Assembly: GCA_965267575.1 (NCBI GenBank)
Contig: OZ254086.1
Coordinates: 3,648,001-3,712,000, forward strand
DNA length: 64,000 bases
Direction: 5' to 3'
Source of the DNA: Calditrichales bacterium
GTDB lineage: Bacteria > Calditrichota > Calditrichia > Calditrichales > J004
Position 1 is the stretch's first letter, and each line of letters begins with the position of its first letter. Positions 48,032-59,100 of the stretch are shown in pieces. The notes below the pieces were generated by a model, which was not told the origin of the DNA, did no database searches, and saw nothing but the letters and a program-made list of their open reading frames with translations. A program made the position numbers and the translations under genes.

Positions 48032-48415
48032 ATGAAGATCACAGACAAGGCCTTTATAGCCCTAAAACGACTCAACGGCGATTTAGAAAACAAGCCACCC
48101 ACCGACCCCAATAATATGGACCGGGAAGAAATAACCAAAGCGTCGCAGAAGCTGGAAGGGCAGTTTGTCTCTATGATGATCAAAGCCATGGAAAAGACCA
48201 TTCCCAAAGAAAGCGGTTCTAAGAACGACCTGGCGTCGATGATGTTCAGCCAGGTGATGGGTGACGAAATTGCACGTCAGGGCGGCATGGGTCTGAGTGA
48301 TTTTCTGATCAGGGCTTTGCAGCAAAATGGCAGTGAAGCCATAAAAAAGATGCCAGATGGCTTTCATCTGGACGCAGTTTATAAATATGGAGCTTTGGGC
48401 GCCGATGAAGAGTGA
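48032..48415 (+). CDS. flgJ: Rod-binding protein FlgJ (no muramidase domain)
   Basis: ASQKLEGQFVSMMIKAM and GGMGLSD; 127 aa; follows flgI. Confidence 0.8.
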   Translation: MKITDKAFIALKRLNGDLENKPPTDPNNMDREEITKASQKLEGQFVSMMIKAMEKTIPKESGSKNDLASMMFSQVMGDEIARQGGMGLSDFLIRALQQNGSEAIKKMPDGFHLDAVYKYGALGADEE

Positions 48416-48923
48416 ATTATCCGTACAACAGGGAAAAAAGGTGATGCTGGACCGCATACTACAATTGCTTGGAGAAGAAACGGAAATTTACGCGCAGCTG
48501 GGCAAAGCTGTGAGCGCCAAGCAGCAGGCAATTTTATCAAATGATATTGCGGCGATTAAGCAAAAAACAGAACAGGAACAGCTGCTGGCCAAATCAGCAA
48601 ACGGCAAAACCGTGGAGCGCTACGAACTGATGAAACTGGCATTAAACCATTCCCAGGTTCCGTCCATGACGGAGTTCCTTTTCCGCAACGGTCTGGCTTC
48701 GGACGCCCGCTGGACGCGTCTGAGCCGTGGATTGAACGAATCGGTTGAGCAAATAAAAAGAACGAATCGGGAAAACGCGCAGCTATTGCAAACATCTCTG
48801 CGTTTTACCCAGGACCTGATCCGGATGTATTACCCCGCTGAAAAAGCTACCACAACAACCTACACGCGGCAGGGCAAAACATCGGGCAAAGGCAGCAGCA
48901 CGCTGCTTAATCGCGGAATCTAA
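48405..48923 (+). CDS. flgN: Flagellar chaperone FlgN
   Basis: Helical protein with KQQAILSND, NRENAQLL and TYTRQG; precedes flgK. Start uncertain (48405 or 48444). Confidence 0.75.
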   Translation: MKSELSVQQGKKVMLDRILQLLGEETEIYAQLGKAVSAKQQAILSNDIAAIKQKTEQEQLLAKSANGKTVERYELMKLALNHSQVPSMTEFLFRNGLASDARWTRLSRGLNESVEQIKRTNRENAQLLQTSLRFTQDLIRMYYPAEKATTTTYTRQGKTSGKGSSTLLNRGI

Positions 48924-48941
48924 AAGAAAGACGAGGCAGGG

Positions 48942-50306
48942 ATGTCGATTTCTCAGTTGTTTGAAATAGGTCGCCGCTCGCTGTTGGGCTACAAGAGCGC
49001 CATAGACACAACCTCCGGCAATATTGCCAACGCCAACCGCGAAGGCTATACGCGCCGTCGCGTCAATCTGGATAACCTCACCTCCGATATCGGGCTTGGG
49101 TACGGCCGGATCGGGGCTGGTGTTAATGCAGACCAGCTCAGTCGCATGCGTCACAAATTTGCCGAGTACAGCCTGTGGCGCGAGAATGCCAGTTATAACA
49201 ATTACGCCAAACAGGAAACGCTGCTAAGCCAAATTGAAAGCATACTGGGCGATGACAGTGAAGCCGGCCTGCAAAACATCATGAGTGAATTCTGGAATGC
49301 CTGGAACGATCTGGCCAATGACCCGGAAAGTGAATCGGCCCGCGTTCTGGTTAAAAACAAAGGATTGCTGTTAGCCAACACGTTTAATCGCACTCATGAA
49401 CGGGTAGTTCGCTTTCAGCGCCAAATGGAGCCCGAGATCCGCGACACCGTCTCCATGATCAATCAAATCTCGGCGCAGCTGCTCCAGCTTAACGAACAAT
49501 TCCGGCTAAACCCGGGTTCGCCCGATCTGATGGACCAGCGCGACAGCCTGATCACTCAGATGTCCGACCTGATCAACGTTGAGGTGAAGGAAAAAGATAA
49601 CGGAGAAATCAGCCTCTTTTTCAATGGTCATATTCTTGTCTCGGAAAACAAGATCAATCAACTGGAAACGTCTATTGACCGCTCCGATAACCTGCACCGC
49701 ATAGCCGTCACGTTTAAAGACAGCAATTACAGGCCGGAAATTACGGCCGGAAGCCTGGCGGGCCTGGTGGAAGTATTTAACAATAAAGTGCCCGAATACA
49801 TGAACAACCTCGACGCTCTGGCGCGTGAAGTGGTAAGAAACATTAACGCCGTGCACAGGAACGGCAGTAATGTGGCCGGCACAACGGGTGTCGATTTCTT
49901 TGAACAAGGTGCCGGCGGGGCCGCGGATTTCCGGGTCAGCAATGCCGTTGTAAACGACCCTACGCTCATTGCAAGCCGCAGCAACACGGAAGCCGTGGGC
50001 GGCAATAGTACGGCGGAGGCGATCTTTAACCTGCAGTTCAGCTCCTTTGTGAGCAACCAGACACCGGGGGATTTTTATACATCGTTGACGACGTCTTTGG
50101 GCACAGAGATTTCGGATGTATCATTTCTTGCCCACAGCCAGGAACTGATCGCGCAGCAACTAAAAAACCAGCGCGATGAAGTCAGCGGCGTTTCACTGGA
50201 TGAAGAGATGACCAAGCTGGTTCAGTACGAGCAAGCTTATGAAGCAGCCGCCAAAATCATTCAAACGGTTGACGAGATGCTGGAAACCGTGATTAACCTG
50301 AGGTAG
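48942..50306 (+). CDS. flgK: Hook-associated protein FlgK
   Basis: GNIANANREGYTR and VSGVSLDEEM...QAYEAAAK. Confidence 0.96.
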   Translation: MSISQLFEIGRRSLLGYKSAIDTTSGNIANANREGYTRRRVNLDNLTSDIGLGYGRIGAGVNADQLSRMRHKFAEYSLWRENASYNNYAKQETLLSQIESILGDDSEAGLQNIMSEFWNAWNDLANDPESESARVLVKNKGLLLANTFNRTHERVVRFQRQMEPEIRDTVSMINQISAQLLQLNEQFRLNPGSPDLMDQRDSLITQMSDLINVEVKEKDNGEISLFFNGHILVSENKINQLETSIDRSDNLHRIAVTFKDSNYRPEITAGSLAGLVEVFNNKVPEYMNNLDALAREVVRNINAVHRNGSNVAGTTGVDFFEQGAGGAADFRVSNAVVNDPTLIASRSNTEAVGGNSTAEAIFNLQFSSFVSNQTPGDFYTSLTTSLGTEISDVSFLAHSQELIAQQLKNQRDEVSGVSLDEEMTKLVQYEQAYEAAAKIIQTVDEMLETVINLR

Positions 50307-50322
50307 AGAAAGGATTCTCGCA

Positions 50323-51207
50323 ATGCGTATTACACAAACTATGATCGTTCGTAACACACTTCTCCGAATGACGGAGGGGCGTGACAAGATGCATCAGACA
50401 CAAGAGCGCATTTCTTCGGGTAAGCGCGTCTCCAAGCCGTCCGATAACCCTGCCGACTTCGCGCGTGCCGACCGTTTTCGCGTAGCCATAAAGCAAAACG
50501 AACAGTATCTGCGCAATATAGACTTTTCCATGACCTGGTCTCAGGAATCCGTCTCAATGTTGGAAAACCTTAACGATATAGCTCTGCAAGCCCGCGACAT
50601 AGCCAACCGCGGCGCAGATGGACAGTCGAACACTGAGGTTCGCAATACGCTTGCGGGCCAGCTGGAAGCCCTTTTGAATGAAGCATTGGCGGTGGTTAAT
50701 TCACAATACCTTGGTAAAAGCCTGTTTGCCGGAACGGAAACGCTGACAAAAGATCCCTTTCAGTACAGTGGCGGCGTGGTTAGCTATATTGGCAACGATG
50801 AACAAATCCGTCGCTCCTATTCGGAGTCGGTGAGTGTACGCATTAACGTAACCGGCCAGTCCATTATGGATACCGATATTTTCAGCAACATGACCGACCT
50901 GTTAACGGCGCTGCAAAATGATGACGAGACAGCGGTTCGCAATATGATTGATCCGCTCAAAACATCTTCCGAGGAGCTTCTGGGGGTGACCGCTGAGATA
51001 GGCGCGCAGAACTACAATCTGCAGCTGATACGATCGCGCCTGGAGCAAACCAATGTAAATTTAAACGATTTTCTCGGTGACGTGGAAAGTATCAATCTCG
51101 AAGAAGAGATCGTGCGCTACAAATCGGAAGAGCTGGCATACCAGGTGGCGCTGCAGTCCACGACCAACATTATAAATCTAAACATCATGCAATATTTTAA
51201 CCGCTGA
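50323..51207 (+). CDS. flgL: Hook-associated protein FlgL
   Basis: MRITQ, ISSGKRVSKPSDNP, YLGKSLFAG and AYQVALQ; follows flgK. Confidence 0.92.
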   Translation: MRITQTMIVRNTLLRMTEGRDKMHQTQERISSGKRVSKPSDNPADFARADRFRVAIKQNEQYLRNIDFSMTWSQESVSMLENLNDIALQARDIANRGADGQSNTEVRNTLAGQLEALLNEALAVVNSQYLGKSLFAGTETLTKDPFQYSGGVVSYIGNDEQIRRSYSESVSVRINVTGQSIMDTDIFSNMTDLLTALQNDDETAVRNMIDPLKTSSEELLGVTAEIGAQNYNLQLIRSRLEQTNVNLNDFLGDVESINLEEEIVRYKSEELAYQVALQSTTNIINLNIMQYFNR

Positions 51208-51215
51208 TTAAGTGA

Positions 51216-52136
51216 ATGATAACCCATACGCAATTAACCGGATATGCAAGTGCTGAATATGCCTCCTCGCTAGCGGAATTCGGGCAGCCTCTGTTCTTGC
51301 CGCTCAGCGGCGGCTGGCTGCTGCAACGTTCCTATGCCGGCCATAAGGACGCCATGGGGCTCTATCCGCTTTTTGGCTGCGACAACTGGGATTTGCTTGA
51401 AAGCGACCTTGAAAAGCTGGGCGAAGAATATATCTCGGTAACACTTGTAAGCGATCCCTTCTCTGGCACGGAACGGGAGCAGCTTCAGTCAGTTTTTCCC
51501 GACAAATGCGCGTTTTTTAAGTCCCATTACGTCATAGACTTAACGGGCGATATCTGGTCCGGCATAAGCAAACACCACAGGCGCAATATCGGGGCGGCAC
51601 TTAAACAGCAGGAAATCGGCAGGGCGGAAGAACCACACCTTTACCTGGATACCTGGGCAGAGCTTTATGAAAACTTGGTCCGGCGCCATGCCATAAGCGG
51701 GTTGCAGGCTTTTTCGCGACACTCTTTTTACAAGCAGTTGCGCGTACCGGGTATGAATCTGTTTGTTGCAAACGATGCCAATGGGGTTCTGGCCATGCAG
51801 ATGTGGCTTCAACACGGGGATAAAGTTTATTACCACCTCGGGGCGGCCGGCAATGAAGGGTATAATAAGAAAAGTGCCTACGGCCTAATGTGGCAGGCCT
51901 TGAATCATTTTGCCCGCAACGGTGCAACCCTCGCCGATCTGGGCGCAGGAGCCGGCGCCAAAGATACTGAAAACGGGCTGACCCGCTACAAAAAGGGCTG
52001 GGGCGGAGAAACGTACCCGGTTTACCTGTGCGGCCGCATTTTAAATCATGATCTGTACAATAAACTCAGTAACGGCCGCGGCGGCACTAAGGACGGATAT
52101 TTTCCACAATACAGAGCCGGCGAGATGACAGGATAA
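51216..52136 (+). CDS. GNAT / FemAB-like acyltransferase
   Basis: ISKHHRRNI, YYHLGA, DLGAGAG and GLTRYKKGW. Confidence 0.7.
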   Translation: MITHTQLTGYASAEYASSLAEFGQPLFLPLSGGWLLQRSYAGHKDAMGLYPLFGCDNWDLLESDLEKLGEEYISVTLVSDPFSGTEREQLQSVFPDKCAFFKSHYVIDLTGDIWSGISKHHRRNIGAALKQQEIGRAEEPHLYLDTWAELYENLVRRHAISGLQAFSRHSFYKQLRVPGMNLFVANDANGVLAMQMWLQHGDKVYYHLGAAGNEGYNKKSAYGLMWQALNHFARNGATLADLGAGAGAKDTENGLTRYKKGWGGETYPVYLCGRILNHDLYNKLSNGRGGTKDGYFPQYRAGEMTG

Positions 52137-52138
52137 CC

Positions 52139-53167
52139 ATGGAACAGGTAAAAAAAGTCGTTGAAAAAACACAGTTGGAAGAATGGCTGGAAGATTTGAA
52201 CAGTATGCTGGCCGACGCGGAAATCGCGGCATTAAAAAAATTTGCCAAAGAGCCGAAGATGCCATCCTGTTTTATCATCGGGGCGCCGCGGTCCGGGGCA
52301 ACGCTGATGCTGCAGTGGCTGGCAGCCACGGGCGCTTTTGCCTATCCCAGCAATTTTATCGCACGTTTCTACAATGCGCCGGCGGTCGGCGCTAAAATCC
52401 AGCGCATGCTTACCGACCCCAAGCTGGACCTGAACCGCGAGATGGCCCTGACTGCTACGGACAAACACGGTGAATTTTTCAAATCGGATCTTGGCAACAC
52501 TTTCGGCATTTTCGCGCCCAATGCCTTTAATACGTTTTGGCAGCGCTTTTTTCCTTTTGAAGAGACGCAACAACTGACCGAACAGGCGCTGACGGCCGTG
52601 GATGCAGCTACATTCCGGGCAGAACTGGCCGCGCTGGAGAGCGTTCTTAGAAAGCCGCTGGCAATGAAAGCGCAAATAATGAACTGGCATATACCTTATC
52701 TCGCAAGGCAATTTCCCCGGGCCGTTTTTTTGCATGTGAAGCGCCATCCCTTTTTTATTATTCAGTCCATTCTCGCGGCCCGCGTGCAGGTTTTTGGCGA
52801 TATTAAAAAGTGGTATTCCTATAAACCATCGGAATACGACGAGTTGAAACACCTCAGTCCTTACAAGCAGGTGGCAGGCCAGGTTTACTTTACCAGCCGT
52901 GCCGTGGAAAAAGGGCTTCAACGTGTTGACGCCGACCATAAGATCATTGTGGATTATGATGAATTCTGCAATGCACCACACCATACCTGGAAAATAATCA
53001 ACAATAAATTTAACGCGCTTGGCACAACGTTTCACCGCGATTATTTAGGGCCAAAACAATTTAAACCGAGCTCCGCTATTTGTGTAGATAAAGCGGAAAA
53101 AGAGCGGATTGTAGCTGCCTGGTATTCGCTTTTTGGTGAAAACATCAGCCCGAAATCAATGGAGTAA
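52139..53167 (+). CDS. Sulfotransferase family protein
   Basis: FIIGAPRSGATL (5'-PSB-like) and FLHVKRHPFFIIQS (3'-PB-like). Confidence 0.8.
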   Translation: MEQVKKVVEKTQLEEWLEDLNSMLADAEIAALKKFAKEPKMPSCFIIGAPRSGATLMLQWLAATGAFAYPSNFIARFYNAPAVGAKIQRMLTDPKLDLNREMALTATDKHGEFFKSDLGNTFGIFAPNAFNTFWQRFFPFEETQQLTEQALTAVDAATFRAELAALESVLRKPLAMKAQIMNWHIPYLARQFPRAVFLHVKRHPFFIIQSILAARVQVFGDIKKWYSYKPSEYDELKHLSPYKQVAGQVYFTSRAVEKGLQRVDADHKIIVDYDEFCNAPHHTWKIINNKFNALGTTFHRDYLGPKQFKPSSAICVDKAEKERIVAAWYSLFGENISPKSME

Positions 53168-53191
53168 AGCCACTACGGCAATATTCGGATC

Positions 53192-54217
53192 ATGGAAGAA
53201 AAAGAAATTATTGGCGGATATTTTGAACTTGAACTGAGCCGCGGCCAGGAGTATCACAACGGCGCTCTGCGCTTCAACACGGCGCGCAATGCCTTATGCT
53301 ACTATCTGAAAAAGAAAAGCGTCCGGCGTTTGCATCTGCCGTTGTATATGCCCGGAACAGTATTGAAAGCCCTCGAAAAGCACAACATAGAGGCGGTTTT
53401 TTACAGGCTGGACCAGAACCTGAGGCCACAGGTGGAGCACAGCAGTAACAACGCCGATGAAGCGTTTCTTGCAGTGAATTACTTTGGAGTAAGTGATACA
53501 ATCGTAAAAGATTGCTTCAATACCTACCCAAATGTTATTGCCGATAACTCGCAGGCTTTTTTCACCCATCCCGAAAAGAACTGCTGCACATTTTACAGTG
53601 CCCGCAAGTTCTTTGGCGTGGCAGACGGCGCCTACCTCTATGCAGATATTGATCACGACGGCCTTGAAGCGGATGCTTCGGCCCAGCGCTACATGGCGCA
53701 GCTTATTCGCATGGACGGCGATATCGAAAACGGCGCGTTCGTGCACAGAAACAGCGAGCAGCTTTTGGGCAGGCAACCGGCCAAAGTTATGTCGTTTCTT
53801 ACACAGCGCATCCTCAAGGCCATACGCTATGATATTGTCTGGGAAAGGCGCGAAGCCAATTTTCGCCTATTGCACCAGGAGCTGGGCGCTTTTAACCAGC
53901 TTAAGATTGACGCCCATGCCACCCACGGGGCGGTGGTTTACCCTTTTTTGTACAGCAACGCAAACCTGAAGGACAACCTGCATAAGGCGGGGGTCCTGAC
54001 ACATGCCTACTGGCCGGAAGTCCTGAATATCGCGCCTGATAGCAGCATCGAAGCATTTTTGTCACGCCATATAATAGGGTTACCGATCGACCAGCGCTAC
54101 GGGTTTAGCGAGATGGACAAAATCGCAAAAACGGTTAAGCGCTTTATTCACAACAACGGGGCGGGACACTTTACGGTTCAGAGGGAGATAAACTTACTGG
54201 AAAGGCAGGCAAAATGA
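53192..54217 (+). CDS. DegT/DnrJ-fold PLP-dependent protein
   Basis: IGGYFELE, VNYFG, IADNSQAF, FYSARKFFGVADGA and LPIDQRY. Confidence 0.7.
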   Translation: MEEKEIIGGYFELELSRGQEYHNGALRFNTARNALCYYLKKKSVRRLHLPLYMPGTVLKALEKHNIEAVFYRLDQNLRPQVEHSSNNADEAFLAVNYFGVSDTIVKDCFNTYPNVIADNSQAFFTHPEKNCCTFYSARKFFGVADGAYLYADIDHDGLEADASAQRYMAQLIRMDGDIENGAFVHRNSEQLLGRQPAKVMSFLTQRILKAIRYDIVWERREANFRLLHQELGAFNQLKIDAHATHGAVVYPFLYSNANLKDNLHKAGVLTHAYWPEVLNIAPDSSIEAFLSRHIIGLPIDQRYGFSEMDKIAKTVKRFIHNNGAGHFTVQREINLLERQAK

Positions 54218-54951
54218 CGGGCACAAACAGCAGCAAGTACGATATATCGCAAGACGGCGTCGTCAGTACCGGCTTTATTCTGGCATCTGCACCGGGTTCA
54301 GGCAGCGGAAAGATCGCCCATGCCCTGTGGAGCACAGGACTGGCCGGGGCACCAAAGGAATATTTTAACCCTCTAAATATCCAGGATTTTTACCAGCGCT
54401 GGAAGATGCAGGATTTCCGCGAATATCTTAATAACCTGAAAAAATTCCGCACGACGGCCAATGGCGTATTTGGTATAAAAACGCATTTCCCCGATTTTCG
54501 CGCCGCACTGAAGCAATGCGATCTTATGCAGGTGCTTCCCGATCTGAAATTTATCTATGTGGCGCGCCGAGACCGCCTCGAACAGACTGTGGCTTATGAC
54601 TTCACTTTGCAAAACGGTTATGGCAATGTGACCGAAGAAGACAGCGGGCAGAGCTTGTTTTACGATTTTCAGCGGCTGGAGAAAGTCAGGTCCGATCTGC
54701 TGTCGCAGGAAAGGGAGTGGGAGCTTTTCTTCAGATTTAACGATGTTCACCCGCTGATCGTTTACTATGATGATTTCAAGGAGAGCCCGGCGCTGGTCCT
54801 GAGCAGGATATTTTCGTTTCTGAATATTGATGTACCGGGTTCAATTAAGCTGAACTTTGCGCCTTCAAACAAACAACAGCAGTTGCGCCAACATTTTCTT
54901 GAACGCTACAAAAAGGATAAACAACAACTCGAGATCAGCAGCGCGATATGA
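54214..54951 (+). CDS. Stf0-family sulfotransferase-like protein
   Basis: GLAGAPKEYFNP, NGVFGIK, RRDRLEQ and WELFF; the 5'-PSB loop is divergent. Confidence 0.7.
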   Translation: MTGTNSSKYDISQDGVVSTGFILASAPGSGSGKIAHALWSTGLAGAPKEYFNPLNIQDFYQRWKMQDFREYLNNLKKFRTTANGVFGIKTHFPDFRAALKQCDLMQVLPDLKFIYVARRDRLEQTVAYDFTLQNGYGNVTEEDSGQSLFYDFQRLEKVRSDLLSQEREWELFFRFNDVHPLIVYYDDFKESPALVLSRIFSFLNIDVPGSIKLNFAPSNKQQQLRQHFLERYKKDKQQLEISSAI

Positions 54952-56153
54952 AGCATCACTTTAAAAAACTGGCCATAAAAGGCGGGAAACCCGCTTTCGA
55001 TTACGATCTCCATGTGGGCCGGCCCAACATAGGTGACCGTGCCGTACTGATGCAGCGCATCAATGAAATGCTTGACCGTAACCAGCTTACCAACATGGGT
55101 CCGTATGTTCAGGAACTGGAAAAGCGCCTGCAGGATTTCCTTGGTGTTAAGCACGTTATCTGTATGACCAACGGAACCATCGCCCTGGAAATAGCCATCC
55201 GCGCGCTGGACTTGTCCGGTGAGGTGATCATACCGTCCTTTACGTTTGTGGCCACGGCGCATGCCTTGCAATGGCAGCAGATAAAGCCGGTTTTCGCTGA
55301 TGTCGATCCGCAAAGCCATATGCTTGACCCACTGGCCGTTGAAAAAATGATCACGCCGCAAACGACAGGCATACTCGGCGTCCATCTTTGGGGACGCGCG
55401 GCGCAGGTAAACGAACTTAAGGCGATTGCAGCACGACACAATCTGAAATTGCTGTTTGACGCGGCCCATGCCTTAAATGTGACCTATGGCGGTCGCTATA
55501 TAGGGAGCTTTGGAAATGCGGAGGTATTTAGCTTCCACGCCACGAAATTTTTTAACACGTTTGAAGGCGGCGCCGTCGCTACAAACGATGATGTACTTGC
55601 CGAAAAGATCAGGCTGATGTCCAACTTCGGTTTTGCCGGACGCGACAATGTCATCTACATCGGGACAAACGGCAAAATGAGCGAGATATCCGCAGCCATG
55701 GGGCTGACTTCGCTGGAGAGCATGAACGGAATTATCGATCGCAACAAGCAGAACTACCACGATTATCTCGGGGCGTTGGCCGACATACCCGGTTTGCGCA
55801 TAATGACCTATGACGAAAAGGAAAAATACAATTACCAGTATATCGTAGTGGAGGTGGACCCGGAAGAATCCTGCGTGGACCGCGACAGGCTTGTGGAAAT
55901 ATTGCACGCCGAACGCGTTATTGCCCGGCGCTACTTTTATCCCGGCTGCCACCGCATGGAACCTTACCGCAGCTACCAGCCACACGCAGGTTTATTGCTT
56001 CCGCATACGGAGGAGCTTTCCCGGCGCGTCATGACGCTGCCAACGGGACTGGCCGTCGGAAAAAATGAGATCGAAACCATCGCCGCGATAATACGCCAGG
56101 CCTGCACGTCCAAAGAAGCAGCGCATGGTAACCGCAACGAGGAAGCGGCCTGA
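54948..56153 (+). CDS. NDP-4-keto-6-deoxysugar aminotransferase (VioA/DesI-like, DegT family)
   Basis: NGTIAL, PSFTFVAT, FDAAHA, SFHATKFFNTFEGG (PLP lysine) and ARRYF. Confidence 0.88.
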   Translation: MKHHFKKLAIKGGKPAFDYDLHVGRPNIGDRAVLMQRINEMLDRNQLTNMGPYVQELEKRLQDFLGVKHVICMTNGTIALEIAIRALDLSGEVIIPSFTFVATAHALQWQQIKPVFADVDPQSHMLDPLAVEKMITPQTTGILGVHLWGRAAQVNELKAIAARHNLKLLFDAAHALNVTYGGRYIGSFGNAEVFSFHATKFFNTFEGGAVATNDDVLAEKIRLMSNFGFAGRDNVIYIGTNGKMSEISAAMGLTSLESMNGIIDRNKQNYHDYLGALADIPGLRIMTYDEKEKYNYQYIVVEVDPEESCVDRDRLVEILHAERVIARRYFYPGCHRMEPYRSYQPHAGLLLPHTEELSRRVMTLPTGLAVGKNEIETIAAIIRQACTSKEAAHGNRNEEAA

Positions 56154-56173
56154 TAGGTTTAAGGAGAAACAAA

Positions 56174-59100
56174 ATGAAAAAAACCATCATGACCATAGGC
56201 TCTACCGTCAAAAGGGGCGATATTCATATCGAGCAAGGTCAGATCAATATCGCTGCACTGGAAAAGCTTAACCTGAAAAGGGACGCATACGACATCATTT
56301 ATTGCCAGGTTGACTGGAATAATGTCGAAAAGGGCACGGCTTTCAGGCTGATGCGCCAACTTAAGCTGGCTCTCAACGATGGCGGCATTTTGCGTATAAG
56401 AAAAGAACAATCGCAAAGCACTTTTATTGAAAGCTGTTTTAACGAATTTGGTTTTGACGCGATAGATGAAGCTAAAAACGATCCTGCCTATGAGAAGGCA
56501 GGCGGGCATTTACTTTTAAAAAAGAAGCAGTCGAAAGCAGTAACGGCAGAGCCTTTGGTGAGCATTCTGATTCCTGCATACCGCGGCACCTTTTTAAAAG
56601 AGGCCCTGGAAAGCGCTTTTGGGCAGACTTACAAAAACATTGAGATCATTTTGTGTGACGACGATGAAAGCGGCGGCGTGCGGAACGCGGCGGAGCCTTA
56701 TCTGGACAACCCGCTTTTTCATTACCATAAGAACCCAACCAATGTGGGAAGCCGCAGGAACTACGCTCTTTGCGTGGAAAAATCGTCGGGCGATTATATC
56801 AAATTCCTTAACGATGACGACATCCTGGACGCGGAATGCGTTGAACGGATGACGGCTGTCCTGAACGCGCACGATAATGTCCAATTGGTGACAAGCTATC
56901 GTAAGCTGATCGATGAAACAGGCAATGTTTTGCCTGACTCTTTTAATACCCCGTTAAAAAATTTCCCGGCGATACTCGACGGTGCAAGTCTCACCGAATA
57001 CATCATCAATAGGGGTCAAAATGTTATCGGTGAACCGACGACGGTAATGTTTCGCCGCAAAGCGCTGCAACGCATAAAACCGGATATGTTCAGTTATGCC
57101 GGAGAAACGGCACTGCGTAACGGCGATCTGCATTTGTGGCTGAGTTTGTTGCTGCAGGGCGATGCGGCCTGGTTGCCGGGCGTGCTGAGTTTTTTCCGCC
57201 TTCACGAGGGACAAGAGCAAAAGCAGGCCCGTTTTCTGGAACAGGCGCAAATGGCCTGGGAAGACCTGAAAAATCGTACCGAAGCCAGGGGCTACGATGC
57301 CTCCGGTGGTACAGGCGAGATCAAATATGTGATGATGGTAAGCGAAGACGATGTATTTTCGACGTCGCTTCGCGGAACGGTAAGCAAAAAGCCGCTCGCA
57401 TCTATTGTAATCCCGGTTTTCAATAAGGTTGAGTTTACGCGCGCCTGTTTAAAAAAGCTCTATGAGAATACGGATGCCGGGCTATTTGAGATTATCATAG
57501 TGGATAATGCTTCAAGCGACGGCACTGCTGCGTTCCTCGAAAAAGCGCAAAAACACTTCCCCAATCTCAAAGTCATAAGCAACACGGAAAACGCGGGATT
57601 TTCTGGCGCCAACAATCAGGGCGCCCGCATGGCACAAGGCAAATACATCCTGATGCTTAACAACGATACGGAACCACAGCCGGGCTGGCTTGAAGCAATG
57701 CTTGAAATCGCTGAACACGACAGCCGTGTTGGCGCGGTGGGCAGCAAACTGCTTTTTCCCGACGGTACAATCCAGCATGCCGGCGTGGCTATTTATGACG
57801 ACAGTGCCTGGGGTGGTGAAACGTTTGTACCGCGCCATGTGTACTATACGCACGCGGCCGACTATCCTGATGCCAACAAAGCCCGCTGTTACCAGGTACT
57901 GACCGGCGCCGCCTTACTTATCCGCAAAAAATTGTATGACGCTATGAACGGTCTGGATGAGCGCTTCTGGAATGGCTATGAAGATGTGGATTTTTGTCTT
58001 CGTCTCGGGGAAAAGGGCTATCTGTGCGTTTATCAACCGAAAAGCGTGATCGTGCATCACGAATCGCAGAGCGGATCAGAGCGTTTTCGAAAAGTGAATC
58101 ATAATATCAGGCTGCTGGCCGAGCTTTGGGACGATAAGATCAAACACGATGTTCGCATTACGCAAAACAACCAGATTGAGGTTTTACCGACCCGACGCTT
58201 TTTTGATTATGAAGGACCGGCAGGGACTACGCTTAATACCGATGACCCTCGTCCGCTGGTTTCAATTATCATGCTAACCTGCAACGCCCTTGAGTACACA
58301 AAAAAATGCGTCGCCTCGCTATATGAACATACATTTTATCCTTTTGAGCTGATCCTTGTGGATAACGCGAGCAGCGACGGAACGCGCGGCTATCTTAAAA
58401 AACTGTCGCGTCAAAAAGAGAATATCACCCTGGTATTAAACAAGCAAAACAAGGGATTCGCCGCAGGCAACAACCAGGGCGTAAAAAAGGCGCGTGGGCG
58501 ATATATAATGCTGCTTAATAATGACGTGATCGTATCCACAGGCTGGCTGGAAGAAATGGTTTCGGCCTATGAGCGTGACGATCAAATAGGCATGGTTGGT
58601 CCACTTACCAACAGCATCAGCGGCTTGCAGATGTTGCAAAACCTGCCTTATAAGGACATCCCGGGCTTTCACAAATTTGCGGCGGAGTTTCGTGCCGCAC
58701 ACAGGGGCAAAGTAACACCGCGGCGGCGTATCGCCGGGTTTGCCGTATTAATGAGCCGGGAATTGTACCGGCAGGTGAAAGGGCTGGATGAAAGCTTTGG
58801 CGTCGGTAATTTTGAAGATGACGACCTGTGCCTGAAGGTACGCGAAAAAGGTTATGCCATCATGGTGGCCGAAGGCGCCTTCATCCATCATTTTGGCAGC
58901 CAGTCTTTTAAAGCCAATGGGGTAAATATCATCCATAGCCTGGAAGAAAAAGGTCAGGTTTTCCGCAAGAAATGGCCGCATGTGGATTACGATGAACTTC
59001 TGGAAATAAAAAATCCTTTACATGAGGCGCACCCGCGCCAGATAGCCGCAGCAATGGAGCAGATTGAGCTTGGTCGTTTTGATGAAGCGGAAAAGCTGTT

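Noticed and set aside
50323..51207. Possible flagellin (fliC)
   Set aside because: The MRIT start, PSDNP motif, position after flgK and lack of the flagellin C-terminal signature indicate FlgL.
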